Of a stretch of 64,000 nt of DNA, positions 29,629 through 39,736 are shown piece after piece. The notes under the pieces were generated by a model, which was not told where the DNA came from, did not search any database, and saw nothing but the letters and a program-made list of their open reading frames with translations. A program made the translations under genes and the position numbers. The stretch lies in the sequence record SRR31156797_10522. One strand, 5' to 3'. The stretch's first letter is position 1, and each line of letters begins with the position of its first letter.

Positions 29629-30612
29629 TTAAAAAAGTACTTGTAATAATTCATTTGAGCTTAAATTATTAAAGTATAAATTAATATTATTATTGCTAAT
29701 AACCTTATTAATAGCGTCTTTAGTATGATTTGCCCCAATCAGATGCTCATAAAATTCATTTATTGCTTTATTATTGATACAATTACCGGCTAATTCAATA
29801 GATTCAATTCTACCTTTTGAAACTTTCATTTCAATTTCCAATATTCTTCCTCCCGAAAAATTACTCATTTTCTCAAAAGTATAAGTGGGAGAGTAACCAA
29901 AGTTCCATTCCAGGCTAATATATTTTTCTTCAGCGAGTTTATTTATTTCCTGTTTATCTGTTTCAGACAATTGGAACTTAGTTGCATTTGGGTATGTATT
30001 CTTAACTTCTAATAAAATCTGTTCTGCCAATTGATCTATTGAAAGTGGATGTAATAGGTAATCTGAGATATTAGTTACTCGGCTTCTTATGGACCTTACA
30101 CCTCTATCTTTAAATTTTAAAGGATTAACCTTTAACAACTGGTTTAAACGCTTTAAATTGCTTGAAAATAGCATTGTGCCATGCTGCATTACTTTATTGC
30201 GATAAACATGAGATGCATTCCCTGAGAATTTTTTTCCTTCAATTGTTAAATCACTTTTTCCTTCAAATTTTGCATTTACTCCAAGATTTTGAAGAGCATT
30301 AATTATTGGCTCACTGTATTTTTTAAAATCAACCAACTTTCCTTTTTCACCTTTTTTAATGAAACAATAATTCAAGTTACCCAAATCATGAAATACAGTG
30401 CCTCCACCAGATAGTCTTCTAATGACCGGTATTTTTTCATCTTCCACCTTCTTCAAGTTAATTTCAGCTAAAGTATTCTGGTGCTTTCCTACAATTAAAG
30501 TTGGTCTGTTTACATACAGAAAGAAGAAATTATCGTCGTAGTTTTTTAATAAATATTCTTCACTTGCAATATTAAAGAATGGATCTTGAGAGTCACTGAT
30601 GTAATAATTCAT
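29629..30612 (-). CDS. lplA: Lipoate--protein ligase A family (start re-called at ATG 30612)
   Basis: NIASEEYLL, RRLSGGGTVFHDLGN, KFSGNA, HGTMLF, SIRSRVTN, WNFG. Confidence 0.93.
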   Translation of the reverse strand: MNYYISDSQDPFFNIASEEYLLKNYDDNFFFLYVNRPTLIVGKHQNTLAEINLKKVEDEKIPVIRRLSGGGTVFHDLGNLNYCFIKKGEKGKLVDFKKYSEPIINALQNLGVNAKFEGKSDLTIEGKKFSGNASHVYRNKVMQHGTMLFSSNLKRLNQLLKVNPLKFKDRGVRSIRSRVTNISDYLLHPLSIDQLAEQILLEVKNTYPNATKFQLSETDKQEINKLAEEKYISLEWNFGYSPTYTFEKMSNFSGGRILEIEMKVSKGRIESIELAGNCINNKAINEFYEHLIGANHTKDAINKVISNNNINLYFNNLSSNELLQVLF

Positions 30613-30790
30613 GATATGTTGTAATGTTCGAATTACAAATATGATTAATATTTGTGAAATATTTTTATTTAGAATCGTTTTTAATAATGTTTTTTTGAAG
30701 GGAAGAGACATTCAGATCTGCCATTAAAACTCAGATTGAATTATATTTAAATATTCACGTTAAATATAATATCTTAATAAATATATTGTT

Positions 30791-31243
30791 ATGAGAGTTG
30801 TTATACAGAGAGTAAGCAAAGCTTCTGTTAAAGTAGATAATAAGATTATAGGAGCAATTGACTCTGGTTTAATGATTTTAGTTGGAATTGAATGCAATGA
30901 TTCGAAGGAAGATGCAGAGTGGTTGAGTAAGAAAATATGCAATCTTCGTATTTTTGATGATGAAAATGGTGTAATGAATAAATCTCTGATTGATATATCA
31001 GGAAAAATACTCGCCATTAGTCAGTTCACTTTACATGCTAAAACTAAGAAAGGAAATCGACCATCGTATATTGCAGCTGCTAAACCCGAAATATCAGTTC
31101 CTTTGTATCAATTTTTTGTAGATCAATTGGAGAAGGATTCGGATTCGAAAGTAGAAACGGGAGAGTTTGGTGCAGATATGCAGGTTTCATTAATTAATGA
31201 TGGACCGGTTACAATTGTTATGGATACTAAAAATAGGGAATAA
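30791..31243 (+). CDS. dtd: D-aminoacyl-tRNA deacylase
   Basis: MRVVIQRV, SQFTL, KGNRPS, NDGPVT. Confidence 0.97.
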   Translation: MRVVIQRVSKASVKVDNKIIGAIDSGLMILVGIECNDSKEDAEWLSKKICNLRIFDDENGVMNKSLIDISGKILAISQFTLHAKTKKGNRPSYIAAAKPEISVPLYQFFVDQLEKDSDSKVETGEFGADMQVSLINDGPVTIVMDTKNRE

Positions 31244-31244
31244 T

Positions 31245-31592
31245 ATGAATTCAAAGGAAATTAGTATTTCGGAGGCACAAAAAATGGTCGATGATTGGAT
31301 CAAAAAATACGGCGTCCGTTACTTTAATGAATTGACCAATATGGCAATACTTACCGAAGAAGTAGGGGAGGTAGCAAGAATAATTTCAAGAAAATACGGC
31401 GAGCAATCTTTTAAAGAAAAGGATAAGTTAGTTGATTTAGGAGATGAAATGGCTGATGTTCTATGGGTTTTAATATGTCTGGCAAACCAAACAGGTATTG
31501 ATTTAAATGAAGCTTTCCTAAAAAATATGGAGAAAAAGACTCAAAGAGATTCAGAAAGACATAAAAACAATGGTAAACTTTCTGCCGATTAG
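31245..31592 (+). CDS. MazG-like nucleotide pyrophosphohydrolase (YpjD-like)
   Basis: LTEEVGEVAR, YGEQSFK, DEMADVLWV. Confidence 0.9.
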   Translation: MNSKEISISEAQKMVDDWIKKYGVRYFNELTNMAILTEEVGEVARIISRKYGEQSFKEKDKLVDLGDEMADVLWVLICLANQTGIDLNEAFLKNMEKKTQRDSERHKNNGKLSAD

Positions 31593-31786
31593 CTCATTAT
31601 GAGATGGAAAAGCTAATTTTTTATTATAGTTTTGTGCCTTAATCGTTAAGATATGTAGAAGAGTACTCTTTTGCATTTATGGAAAAATCAGCGGAAAAGT
31701 CCGCAACTGGTTAATTATTATTTATTTACATTGTGTAGCGACAAATATTGGATTTGACGCTCCATCCTAATTAAAATTTAGCAAGG

Positions 31787-32686
31787 ATGAAAAAAGACAT
31801 TTTAGAGATCTTGAAATCGTACAATTTAGAGTTGAATGATCAGGAGGTTGCTAATCAGGTAAAAGAGATTATAGCTTCTGATTTTGACAAATTGTACACG
31901 GTGGAGAATTTAAAGAAGAACTTTTCGTTAATTGATTTAACGACTTTAAATTCGAATGACACTCACGCAAGAGCCAAAAGTTTTGCAGAAAATGTAAATA
32001 ACTTCCAGAATGATTTTGACATGCCGAATGTTGCCGCAATCTGTGTATATCCATACCAGGTGCCAACATTAAATGAAAACTTAAAAGCAGAAGGCGTTAA
32101 TATTGCTTCTGTTGCCGGTGTTTTCCCATCTTCACAATCATATATTGAAGTTAAGGCATTAGAATGTAAAATGGCTGTTGAAAAAGGAGCTGATGAAATT
32201 GATATTGTTATTTCAATTGGAGCCTTTTTAGAAGGGAATTATCAGACTGTTTTCGATGAAATTGTTGCACAGAAAGAAGCTTGTGGAAAAGGTCATTTAA
32301 AAGTGATATTAGAAACTGGCGAATTAAAAACAGCAACCAACATTCGCACAGCATCAATTATTGCAATGGAAGCAGGTGCCGATTTTATCAAAACATCTAC
32401 AGGTAAAGTTCCTGTAAATGCAACTTTAGAAGCGGCTCATATCATGACTCAGGCAATTACTGAATATTTTGAGAAGACTGGTCGTATGGTTGGTTTTAAG
32501 CCTGCAGGAGGTATTTCTACAGCTAAGGATGCTATTGAGTTCTTCGCGATATCTAATAACAATTTAGGTGAAGATTGGTTGAACAACAAATGGTCTAGAA
32601 TTGGAGCATCGAGTTTAGCTAATAATTTATTGACTGAGCTTCATAAAATTGAAACAGGAGAAGACAAACAAATCACTTACTTTTAG
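31787..32686 (+). CDS. deoC: Deoxyribose-phosphate aldolase
   Basis: IDLTTL, GADEID, LKVILETGEL, ADFIKTSTGK, FKPAGGI, RIGASSL. Confidence 0.96.
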   Translation: MKKDILEILKSYNLELNDQEVANQVKEIIASDFDKLYTVENLKKNFSLIDLTTLNSNDTHARAKSFAENVNNFQNDFDMPNVAAICVYPYQVPTLNENLKAEGVNIASVAGVFPSSQSYIEVKALECKMAVEKGADEIDIVISIGAFLEGNYQTVFDEIVAQKEACGKGHLKVILETGELKTATNIRTASIIAMEAGADFIKTSTGKVPVNATLEAAHIMTQAITEYFEKTGRMVGFKPAGGISTAKDAIEFFAISNNNLGEDWLNNKWSRIGASSLANNLLTELHKIETGEDKQITYF

Positions 32687-32706
32687 TATTGATTACTAAT
32701 AATTTT

Positions 32707-32735
32707 AAAAAGTCGGAATTTTTTTCCGACTTTTT
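32707..32735 (+). terminator. Intrinsic terminator after deoC
   Basis: aaaaagtcggaa ... ttccgacttttt. Confidence 0.8.
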
Positions 32736-32811
32736 GCATTATAAAAAGATAAATTATTTAACTTCGGTAAGGTATTTATAATTAAATAAAAATCTCTTTT
32801 TGATATAATAA

Positions 32812-34710
32812 ATGTACAAAGAAGCTTCTGAAAATCTTAATCACAGAATTGTTGAATTAGAAAAGGAACTCTCACAATTAAAAAAATTGCGTGAGAATCA
32901 ATCTAATTCAATTCAGAACTTGGTACAGAATTCTAATAAAAAATCTTTTCTTTCTGTTATTGATCCTAACTTTACTTTAATAGAGGTGAATGACAGTCGA
33001 TTGCAGCAACTTGGAGTTGAAAGAGATGAAGTACTTGGTGGAAAATGTCATAAAGTATTTTATAATCTTGATAAAACTTGTGAAGAGTGTACTGTCAATG
33101 AAGTTATTGAATCTAAGCAATCCAGTAAATTCTTAAAATCTTATAATCATAAGGGAACCATTCGATTTGAAGAAAAATTGGTTAAACCGATTCTAAGCGA
33201 AGTTGGGGATATAGAACGATTGGTAATCGAGACTGAAGACATTTCGAGTTATTACAATTTAGTTGACAAGGTTGGTCAGCGAGAAGAGTTTTTTAAAAAT
33301 ATTTTTGAATTAGCAGGTGATGCTTTTTTAGTTCATGATGAGAAGGGAAATATTTTGGAATTTGGCTCACAATTGCCCAAATTACTTGAATATACCCCAG
33401 ATGAATTGAAGAATTTAATGATAAATGATATTGATGATCCTTCAAAATCATTAGGATTTGAGAATAGACAGAAACAATTTGAAGGTCAGAACAATTTATT
33501 ATTCGAGACTGAAATCATAAAAAAGTCAGGTACAAGAGTTCCTGTTGAAATCAGTGCCAGTTTAATTCCTATTGAAGGGCATAGACTCTTTTTTGTCTCT
33601 TTACGAAATGTGGAAAAACGAAAGAAGGCGGAAGAGAATCTTCGTTTGAGCGTAAAAACTTTCCAGACCTTGGTTGAAAATGCTCCAGATTTAATCATGA
33701 GATTTGACCGGGAATTCAAACATTTATTTGTTAATTCAGCTGCAAAAACCATTCTAGGTATATCTCCAAATGAATTTATTGGTAAAACACATGAAGAAAT
33801 GGGGTTTCCGAAAGAGCATTGTGATTTTTGGGCTGACGAGATGGAGAAAGTATTTACAAGTTCAAAATCAACAACAGTTGAATTTACACTCGAAATTGAG
33901 GAAGAAGAACATTATTTCGAATGGCAGTTAATTCCAGAATTTGAATCAAATGGGGAGACAGTTACTTTAATGGCTGTAGCACGTGATATAACCAATCAGA
34001 AGCTTAATGAGAAGGCATTAAAAGAAGCTATTCAGACTAAGGATAAGTTTTTCTCTATCATTGCCCATGATCTTAAAAATCCATTTAATGTGATGCTTCC
34101 AATGGCAGAAGGACTTAAAGAAAATCTGCATACTTTGGATAAGGAACAATTAACAGAAATAGTTGCTTTGATAAACTCTGCAGTTAGGCAAGAGTATAAC
34201 CTTTTAGAGAATCTTCTAGAGTGGTCTAGAGCACAAACAGGGGCGATTAAACTGAAACCAAAGAAAATTGACCTTAAAAGATTAACAGAGTTAAATTTGA
34301 ACTTGAATTATGCCAAAACGCAAAGTAAAAATATTTCTGTTGAATTTACTCCAGACGCAAAAAATACAGCATTTGCCGATGAATATATGGTAGACACAGT
34401 TATTAGAAATCTCATATCTAATGCATTAAAATTTACACACTCTAAGGGTAAAATGAAGATTAATATTGTGTCAAACGAATCGAATATTCACTTTTATATT
34501 CAAGATAATGGTATAGGAATAAGTCCTAAAAATCAGGAGAAACTCTTTAGAATTGATACCAATTTTAATAGAGCAGGAACCAATGATGAATTAGGAACGG
34601 GTATTGGTTTGATCTTGTGCAAAGAATTCATCGAGCAAAATGGAGGTAAAATTAGTGTTGAAAGTGAAGTAGGGAAGGGAAGTAAATTCTCATTTAGCCT
34701 CCCGATTTAA
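32812..34710 (+). CDS. Cytoplasmic PAS-domain sensor histidine kinase
   Basis: Several PAS/PAC domains, IAHDLKNP H-box, [20 protein letters not shown]. Confidence 0.93.
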   Translation: MYKEASENLNHRIVELEKELSQLKKLRENQSNSIQNLVQNSNKKSFLSVIDPNFTLIEVNDSRLQQLGVERDEVLGGKCHKVFYNLDKTCEECTVNEVIESKQSSKFLKSYNHKGTIRFEEKLVKPILSEVGDIERLVIETEDISSYYNLVDKVGQREEFFKNIFELAGDAFLVHDEKGNILEFGSQLPKLLEYTPDELKNLMINDIDDPSKSLGFENRQKQFEGQNNLLFETEIIKKSGTRVPVEISASLIPIEGHRLFFVSLRNVEKRKKAEENLRLSVKTFQTLVENAPDLIMRFDREFKHLFVNSAAKTILGISPNEFIGKTHEEMGFPKEHCDFWADEMEKVFTSSKSTTVEFTLEIEEEEHYFEWQLIPEFESNGETVTLMAVARDITNQKLNEKALKEAIQTKDKFFSIIAHDLKNPFNVMLPMAEGLKENLHTLDKEQLTEIVALINSAVRQEYNLLENLLEWSRAQTGAIKLKPKKIDLKRLTELNLNLNYAKTQSKNISVEFTPDAKNTAFADEYMVDTVIRNLISNALKFTHSKGKMKINIVSNESNIHFYIQDNGIGISPKNQEKLFRIDTNFNRAGTNDELGTGIGLILCKEFIEQNGGKISVESEVGKGSKFSFSLPI

Positions 34711-35697
34711 TTACTTTGTTCTCGATATCGTATATTCAACCAATTGATTTAATGCAAGTTTAGCTTCGGTATCTGCAAAAGAAGAAATCGATTCAAGAGC
34801 TTTTTGTTTGTATTCAAGCATCTTTTCTCTTGTATATTCAATTCCACCATTTTCTTTTACAAATTGAATTAGTTCATTTACTTTTTCGTTGTTTTTGTTG
34901 TGCTTACGAATAATTTTCAGTGCCCAACGTTTATCTTTTTCGGATATCTGACGAAGTACATAAATTAAAGGAAGAGTTAATTTTTTCTCCTTAATGTCAT
35001 TACCAGTTGGTTTGCCAATATTTCCTTGCTTTTCATAATCAAATAAATCGTCTTTCATTTGAAAAGCAATTCCCAGGTTTTCTCCAAACTCTTTTAATTT
35101 GTGCTGTTCTTCTTCACTTGCTTTTGCAGATATTGCCCCCAACTGTGTACAAGAAGCAATTAAACTGGCAGTTTTTTTGTAAATGATATCAAAATATACT
35201 TCCTCGGTAATGTCTAGTTTTCTTGATTTTTCGAGCTGAAGCAATTCACCTTCACTCATTTCACGAACTGCATCGGAAACAACTTGCAATTGTTCATATT
35301 CTTTATTTTCGAGTGCAACAAGCAATCCTTTTGACAATAGATAATCTCCAACCAAAACAGCAGCTTTTGATTTCCATAGAGCATTTATTGAGAAAAATCC
35401 TCGACGTTCGTAGGCTTCATCAACAACATCATCGTGAATTAATGTTGCGGTGTGCAGCAATTGAGTTAATGCAGCAGCAGTATAAGTTGAAGGAGTGACT
35501 TTATCGATTAATTTAGCACTCAAAAACACCAAAATAGGTCTTATTTCTTTCCCTTTACGTTTAATAATGTAGTTGTTGATAATATCAAGCAATCGAATTT
35601 TACTTTTCATCGATTGCTTAAAATAGGACTCAAATTCATCCATTTCAGCCTTTACGGGAGCCTTAATCTCTTTAATACTGCTTCTTTTCAAACTCAT
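34711..35697 (-). CDS. ispB: Polyprenyl diphosphate synthase (IspB-like)
   Basis: GKEIRP, HDDVVD..RRG, FQMKDD, GKPTGND. Confidence 0.88.
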   Translation of the reverse strand: MSLKRSSIKEIKAPVKAEMDEFESYFKQSMKSKIRLLDIINNYIIKRKGKEIRPILVFLSAKLIDKVTPSTYTAAALTQLLHTATLIHDDVVDEAYERRGFFSINALWKSKAAVLVGDYLLSKGLLVALENKEYEQLQVVSDAVREMSEGELLQLEKSRKLDITEEVYFDIIYKKTASLIASCTQLGAISAKASEEEQHKLKEFGENLGIAFQMKDDLFDYEKQGNIGKPTGNDIKEKKLTLPLIYVLRQISEKDKRWALKIIRKHNKNNEKVNELIQFVKENGGIEYTREKMLEYKQKALESISSFADTEAKLALNQLVEYTISRTK

Positions 35698-35703
35698 AGC
35701 AAC

Positions 35704-35711
35704 CAAAGTTA
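35704..35711 (-). promoter_or_regulatory. -7 promoter element of ispB
   Basis: Minus strand TAACTTTG, 6 nt before ATG 35697. Confidence 0.5.
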
Positions 35712-35861
35712 ATAATTTATCTTTGTCCTGAAAGTGGGCAGTTTTCCATTTTTGACAAATAGAAAAACCTCGTTTTTATTAAGACTACGAATAAATTATC
35801 TACAAACTCAGAAATTTAAATATTTCGATATGAATATAGAGATCATTCACGAATATATTTA

Positions 35862-35869
35862 TATATTTG
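35862..35869 (+). promoter_or_regulatory. -7 promoter element of the ArsR gene
   Basis: TATATTTG. Confidence 0.55.
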
Positions 35870-35901
35870 CATTTGATAATTTACGTGATTAATCTTAGTG
35901 T

Positions 35902-36201
35902 ATGAAAATTAAAGAATTAGAACCTGAAAAGTTGGAGCAGGCGGCAAATATGCTAAAGGCGATCGCTCATCCGATGAGAATAGCAATTTTAGGATATCTT
36001 GAGGACGGTAAGAAACTTACGGTAACCGAAATTCATGAATTATTAAAGATTGAACAATCTACTACTTCTCATCATTTGGGAATCTTAAAAGATAAAGGAG
36101 TATTATCTTCAAAAAGAGAAGGTAAGAATACTTACTATTTTTTAAAGCACTGCAGTTTGAGCAATATCGTCGATTGTATTAGCAATTGTACGCATGCATA
36201 A
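35902..36201 (+). CDS. ArsR/SmtB family transcriptional regulator
   Basis: LKAIAHPMRIAIL, QSTTSHHLGILK, REGKNTYY. Confidence 0.93.
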   Translation: MKIKELEPEKLEQAANMLKAIAHPMRIAILGYLEDGKKLTVTEIHELLKIEQSTTSHHLGILKDKGVLSSKREGKNTYYFLKHCSLSNIVDCISNCTHA

Positions 36202-36208
36202 AGAAATT

Positions 36209-36235
36209 AAAACCGGTACTATCCGGTTTTTTTTT
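36209..36235 (+). terminator. Intrinsic terminator after the ArsR gene
   Basis: aaaaccgg-tactat-ccggttttttttt. Confidence 0.7.
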
Positions 36236-36248
36236 ATGATATAAAAAA

Positions 36249-36698
36249 ATGGCAAAAATTAGATTAACCAAAGAGTTCCATTTCGAAATGGCTCACGCCT
36301 TATGGAACTACGACGGATTGTGTAAAAACATTCACGGTCATTCATATATTTTGTATGTGACTGTGATAGGAGAACCCATTGAGGATGTTTCTAATCCTAA
36401 ATTGGGTATGGTAATGGATTTTGGAGATTTAAAAAAGATTGTTTCCGAAGAAATTGTAGATCAGTTAGATCATGCTTTGGTATTGAGTAAGGCTGTACCA
36501 AATGTCGATAGTTTAAACATTCCAGAAATGTTTGAACGATTTTTCATTACAGAATATCAGCCAACATGTGAAAATATGATTGAAGATTTTGCAGATCGTA
36601 TTAAAGGCAGATTGCCTGAACATGTTCAGCTACACTCTTTAAAACTGCACGAAACTGCAACCTCTTTTGCGGAGTGGTATGCATCCGATAACGAATAA
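36249..36698 (+). CDS. queD: 6-carboxy-5,6,7,8-tetrahydropterin synthase (QueD/PTPS family)
   Basis: FEMAHAL, CKNIHGHSY, MDFGDLK, PTCEN, HET. Confidence 0.88.
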   Translation: MAKIRLTKEFHFEMAHALWNYDGLCKNIHGHSYILYVTVIGEPIEDVSNPKLGMVMDFGDLKKIVSEEIVDQLDHALVLSKAVPNVDSLNIPEMFERFFITEYQPTCENMIEDFADRIKGRLPEHVQLHSLKLHETATSFAEWYASDNE

Positions 36699-36717
36699 GT
36701 AATCGAAATATGAATTG

Positions 36718-36743
36718 AACCCGGAAGTAATTCCGGGTTTTTT
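36718..36743 (+). terminator. Intrinsic terminator after queD
   Basis: aacccggaa-gtaa-ttccgggtttttt. Confidence 0.8.
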
Positions 36744-36846
36744 ATTGCCTAATTTTCAAATAGAATTGTTCCCTTTCTAATATCTTGTATTTTTGTCTAA
36801 CGGATAAGAGTTCCTTATCCAGTCAAACCAAATAACGAATAATTTT

Positions 36847-39621
36847 ATGCACTCATCAGCTACCAATTCTGGCAAAAAACTCTTTCTTCTCGATGCTTTT
36901 GCTTTGATATACAGATCTTACTATGCATTTATTAAGAATCCCAGGTATACATCAACAGGTATTAATTCATCTGCTATGCTTGGGTTTACCAATACTCTGC
37001 TTGAGGTATTGGAGAAAGAAAAACCATCGCATATTGCAGTAGTTTTTGATCCGGTTGGTCCTACTTTCCGACACGATATGTTTAAGGAATATAAAGCACA
37101 ACGTCCACCAATGCCTGAAGATTTGCGTAAATCAATTCCGTACATCAAATCAATTATTCAGGGATTTAACATACCTGAGTTTGATGTAGAGGGATACGAA
37201 GCCGATGATGTAATTGGAACTTTGGCTAAAAAGGCTGAGAAAGAAGGGTTTACTGTTTATATGATGACTCCTGATAAGGATTATGCCCAATTGGTAAGCG
37301 ATAATATCTTCATGTACAAACCAAAACGTTCCGGAAAGGAAGTTGAAATTTGGGGATTACCTGAAGTGCAAGAAAATTTTGGCGTGGAAACAGCCGATCA
37401 AATTGTTGATTATTTGGGATTGATGGGAGATTCGGCAGATAATATCCCAGGTTGTCCTGGAATTGGACCTAAGACTGCACAAAAATTGATTGGATTGTAT
37501 AAATCGATAGATGGACTCTATGAGAATACTGATCAGCTAAAAGGAAAACAGAAAGAGAGAATTATTGAATCGGAAGAGCAAGTTCGATTTTCAAAAGTCC
37601 TGGCAAAAATCGCGTTGGATGCTCCTATAGATTTTGATGAAGAGAAATTTAAATTGATAGATTTAGATGAAGCTAGATTAAGACCAGTTTTTAAAGAATT
37701 GGAACTTTTCACATTGGCAGAACGTGTTTTTAAAAATCAAGCAAGTCTTTTCGATGCTCAGAATGAAGAATCTACGGACAAGGATGCGAGTGAAGAAAAC
37801 GAGGTGATTCTCAGAGATATAAAAAGTTTGAGCTGTAAGTTTTTTGTGCTTGATAATGAGCTGGTAAGAGCCGATCTAAAAGCAGAATTGTGCATTCAAA
37901 AAGAGTTTGCTTTTAGAACAATTTTGTCCGATTCCGATCCAAATACATCAAAATTGCTTGGATTGTGTTTTTCTTTTAAGAGTGACAAGTCTTTTTTTAT
38001 TCCATTTCCTGAAAATTCCGATGAAGCCAAAAAAGTTGCCCAGGAATTCAAATACATTTTCGAGGATGAGAAAATTTTGAAAATTGGTCACGATTGTAAA
38101 AAAGACATTTTAGCATTGCGTTGGTTGGGAGTAGATGTTAAAGGCGCCATTTTTGATACCATGATTGCGCATTATTTAATTCAACCAGAATTCAAGCACG
38201 AATTTTCGTTTATTGCGAATTCTATTATCAATTATACAGTAATTCTACCAGAAGAGAAAGCAAAAGGTAAAAAAGCACAATTAAGTTTGATGATGGAACC
38301 TGAGCCAATCAAACACGATCAGTTTTGTGAAGAAGTTGTAGTAAATCTTGAATTGAAAGAAGAATTGGAAAATCAGATGAAGGAAAATAATCTGATAGAC
38401 TTGTTTTATGATGTTGAGATGCCATTGATGGGAATTTTAGCTGATATGGAATTCACTGGTGTTAGTATTGATGTTCCGACTTTGAAAGATTACTCAGTAG
38501 TTCTAAACGAAGAAGTAAATGGAATAGAAAAAGAGATAAAAGAACTTGCTGGTGTTGATTTTAATGTAGCATCACCAAAACAGTTAGGTGAAGTTCTTTT
38601 TGAGAAAATGGAATTGGACAGCAAGGCAAAAAAGACCAAATCAGGGCAATTTTCAACCTCCGAAGCAGTTTTAGCCAAGCTAAAAGGAAAACACGAAATC
38701 ATTCAAAAGATATTGGATTTTAGATCTCTAAAAAAACTAGTCTCCACCTATGTTGAGTCTTTACCAACTTATATCAATCCAGCATCGGGAAAAATACACA
38801 CTTCTTTTAAGCAAGCTGAAGCTGCAACAGGTCGATTAAGTTCAACCAATCCGAATTTGCAAAATATTCCGATTAGAACAGAGCAGGGGAGATACATTCG
38901 TAAAGCATTTGTTCCTTCTACCGATGATCACACTTTCCTTTCAGCGGATTATTCACAGGTTGAATTGCGTTTAATGGCTCATATGAGTGAAGATCAGAAT
39001 ATGATTGATGCATTTAATCACGAGGCAGATTTCCACCTGGCAACAGCTGCAAAGATATATAAGCTTCCAATTGAAGAAGTGAGTAAAGATATGAGAAGCA
39101 GAGCTAAAACTGCGAATTTTGGAATTATTTACGGTATTTCAGCCTGGGGATTGGCAGAGCGTTTGGATATCTCACGTAGAGAGGGAAAAGAGCTTATTAC
39201 AGGCTATTTTGAGTCTTACCCAAGGGTTAAGGCATTCATGGACGAAAGTGTTGAGAAAGCGCGTAATGATGAGTTTGTAGAAACCTTTATGGGACGTCGT
39301 AGATATTTGAAAGATATCAACTCAAGTAATGCTATAGTTAGAGGAGTAGCCGAGCGAAATGCAATTAATGCACCAATTCAGGGATCGGCAGCCGATGTTA
39401 TCAAAATGGCTATGATCAATATCGACAAGCGTATGAAGGTGGAAGGCATGAAATCCAAAATGCTGATTCAGGTGCATGATGAATTGAACTTCGATTGCTT
39501 AAAATCTGAACTGGATCAGATGAAAGTAATTTTAAGAGAAGAAATGGAGAATGCTGTTAAACTATCGGTTCCACTTACCGTAGATATGGGAGTGGGAGAG
39601 AACTGGCTTGAGGCGCATTAA
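36847..39621 (+). CDS. polA: DNA polymerase I
   Basis: 5'-3' exo (EADDVIG, GDSADNIPG), TGRLSS.NPNLQNIP, ADYSQVELR, AKTANFGIIYG, QVHDEL. Confidence 0.98.
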   Translation: MHSSATNSGKKLFLLDAFALIYRSYYAFIKNPRYTSTGINSSAMLGFTNTLLEVLEKEKPSHIAVVFDPVGPTFRHDMFKEYKAQRPPMPEDLRKSIPYIKSIIQGFNIPEFDVEGYEADDVIGTLAKKAEKEGFTVYMMTPDKDYAQLVSDNIFMYKPKRSGKEVEIWGLPEVQENFGVETADQIVDYLGLMGDSADNIPGCPGIGPKTAQKLIGLYKSIDGLYENTDQLKGKQKERIIESEEQVRFSKVLAKIALDAPIDFDEEKFKLIDLDEARLRPVFKELELFTLAERVFKNQASLFDAQNEESTDKDASEENEVILRDIKSLSCKFFVLDNELVRADLKAELCIQKEFAFRTILSDSDPNTSKLLGLCFSFKSDKSFFIPFPENSDEAKKVAQEFKYIFEDEKILKIGHDCKKDILALRWLGVDVKGAIFDTMIAHYLIQPEFKHEFSFIANSIINYTVILPEEKAKGKKAQLSLMMEPEPIKHDQFCEEVVVNLELKEELENQMKENNLIDLFYDVEMPLMGILADMEFTGVSIDVPTLKDYSVVLNEEVNGIEKEIKELAGVDFNVASPKQLGEVLFEKMELDSKAKKTKSGQFSTSEAVLAKLKGKHEIIQKILDFRSLKKLVSTYVESLPTYINPASGKIHTSFKQAEAATGRLSSTNPNLQNIPIRTEQGRYIRKAFVPSTDDHTFLSADYSQVELRLMAHMSEDQNMIDAFNHEADFHLATAAKIYKLPIEEVSKDMRSRAKTANFGIIYGISAWGLAERLDISRREGKELITGYFESYPRVKAFMDESVEKARNDEFVETFMGRRRYLKDINSSNAIVRGVAERNAINAPIQGSAADVIKMAMINIDKRMKVEGMKSKMLIQVHDELNFDCLKSELDQMKVILREEMENAVKLSVPLTVDMGVGENWLEAH

Positions 39622-39641
39622 ATAAAAATAATATAGAAAAG

Positions 39642-39678
39642 AAAAAGCTCATTCATCAACAGATGAATGAGCTTTTTT
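39642..39678. terminator. Bidirectional terminator between polA and the S41 peptidase gene
   Basis: aaaaagctcattcatc ... gatgaatgagcttttt. Confidence 0.85.
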
Positions 39679-39736
39679 ATATCAATTTAAGTTCAGTTTT
39701 GGGCGAAATAACATTCGCCTTTCTACTTTTACCTTT

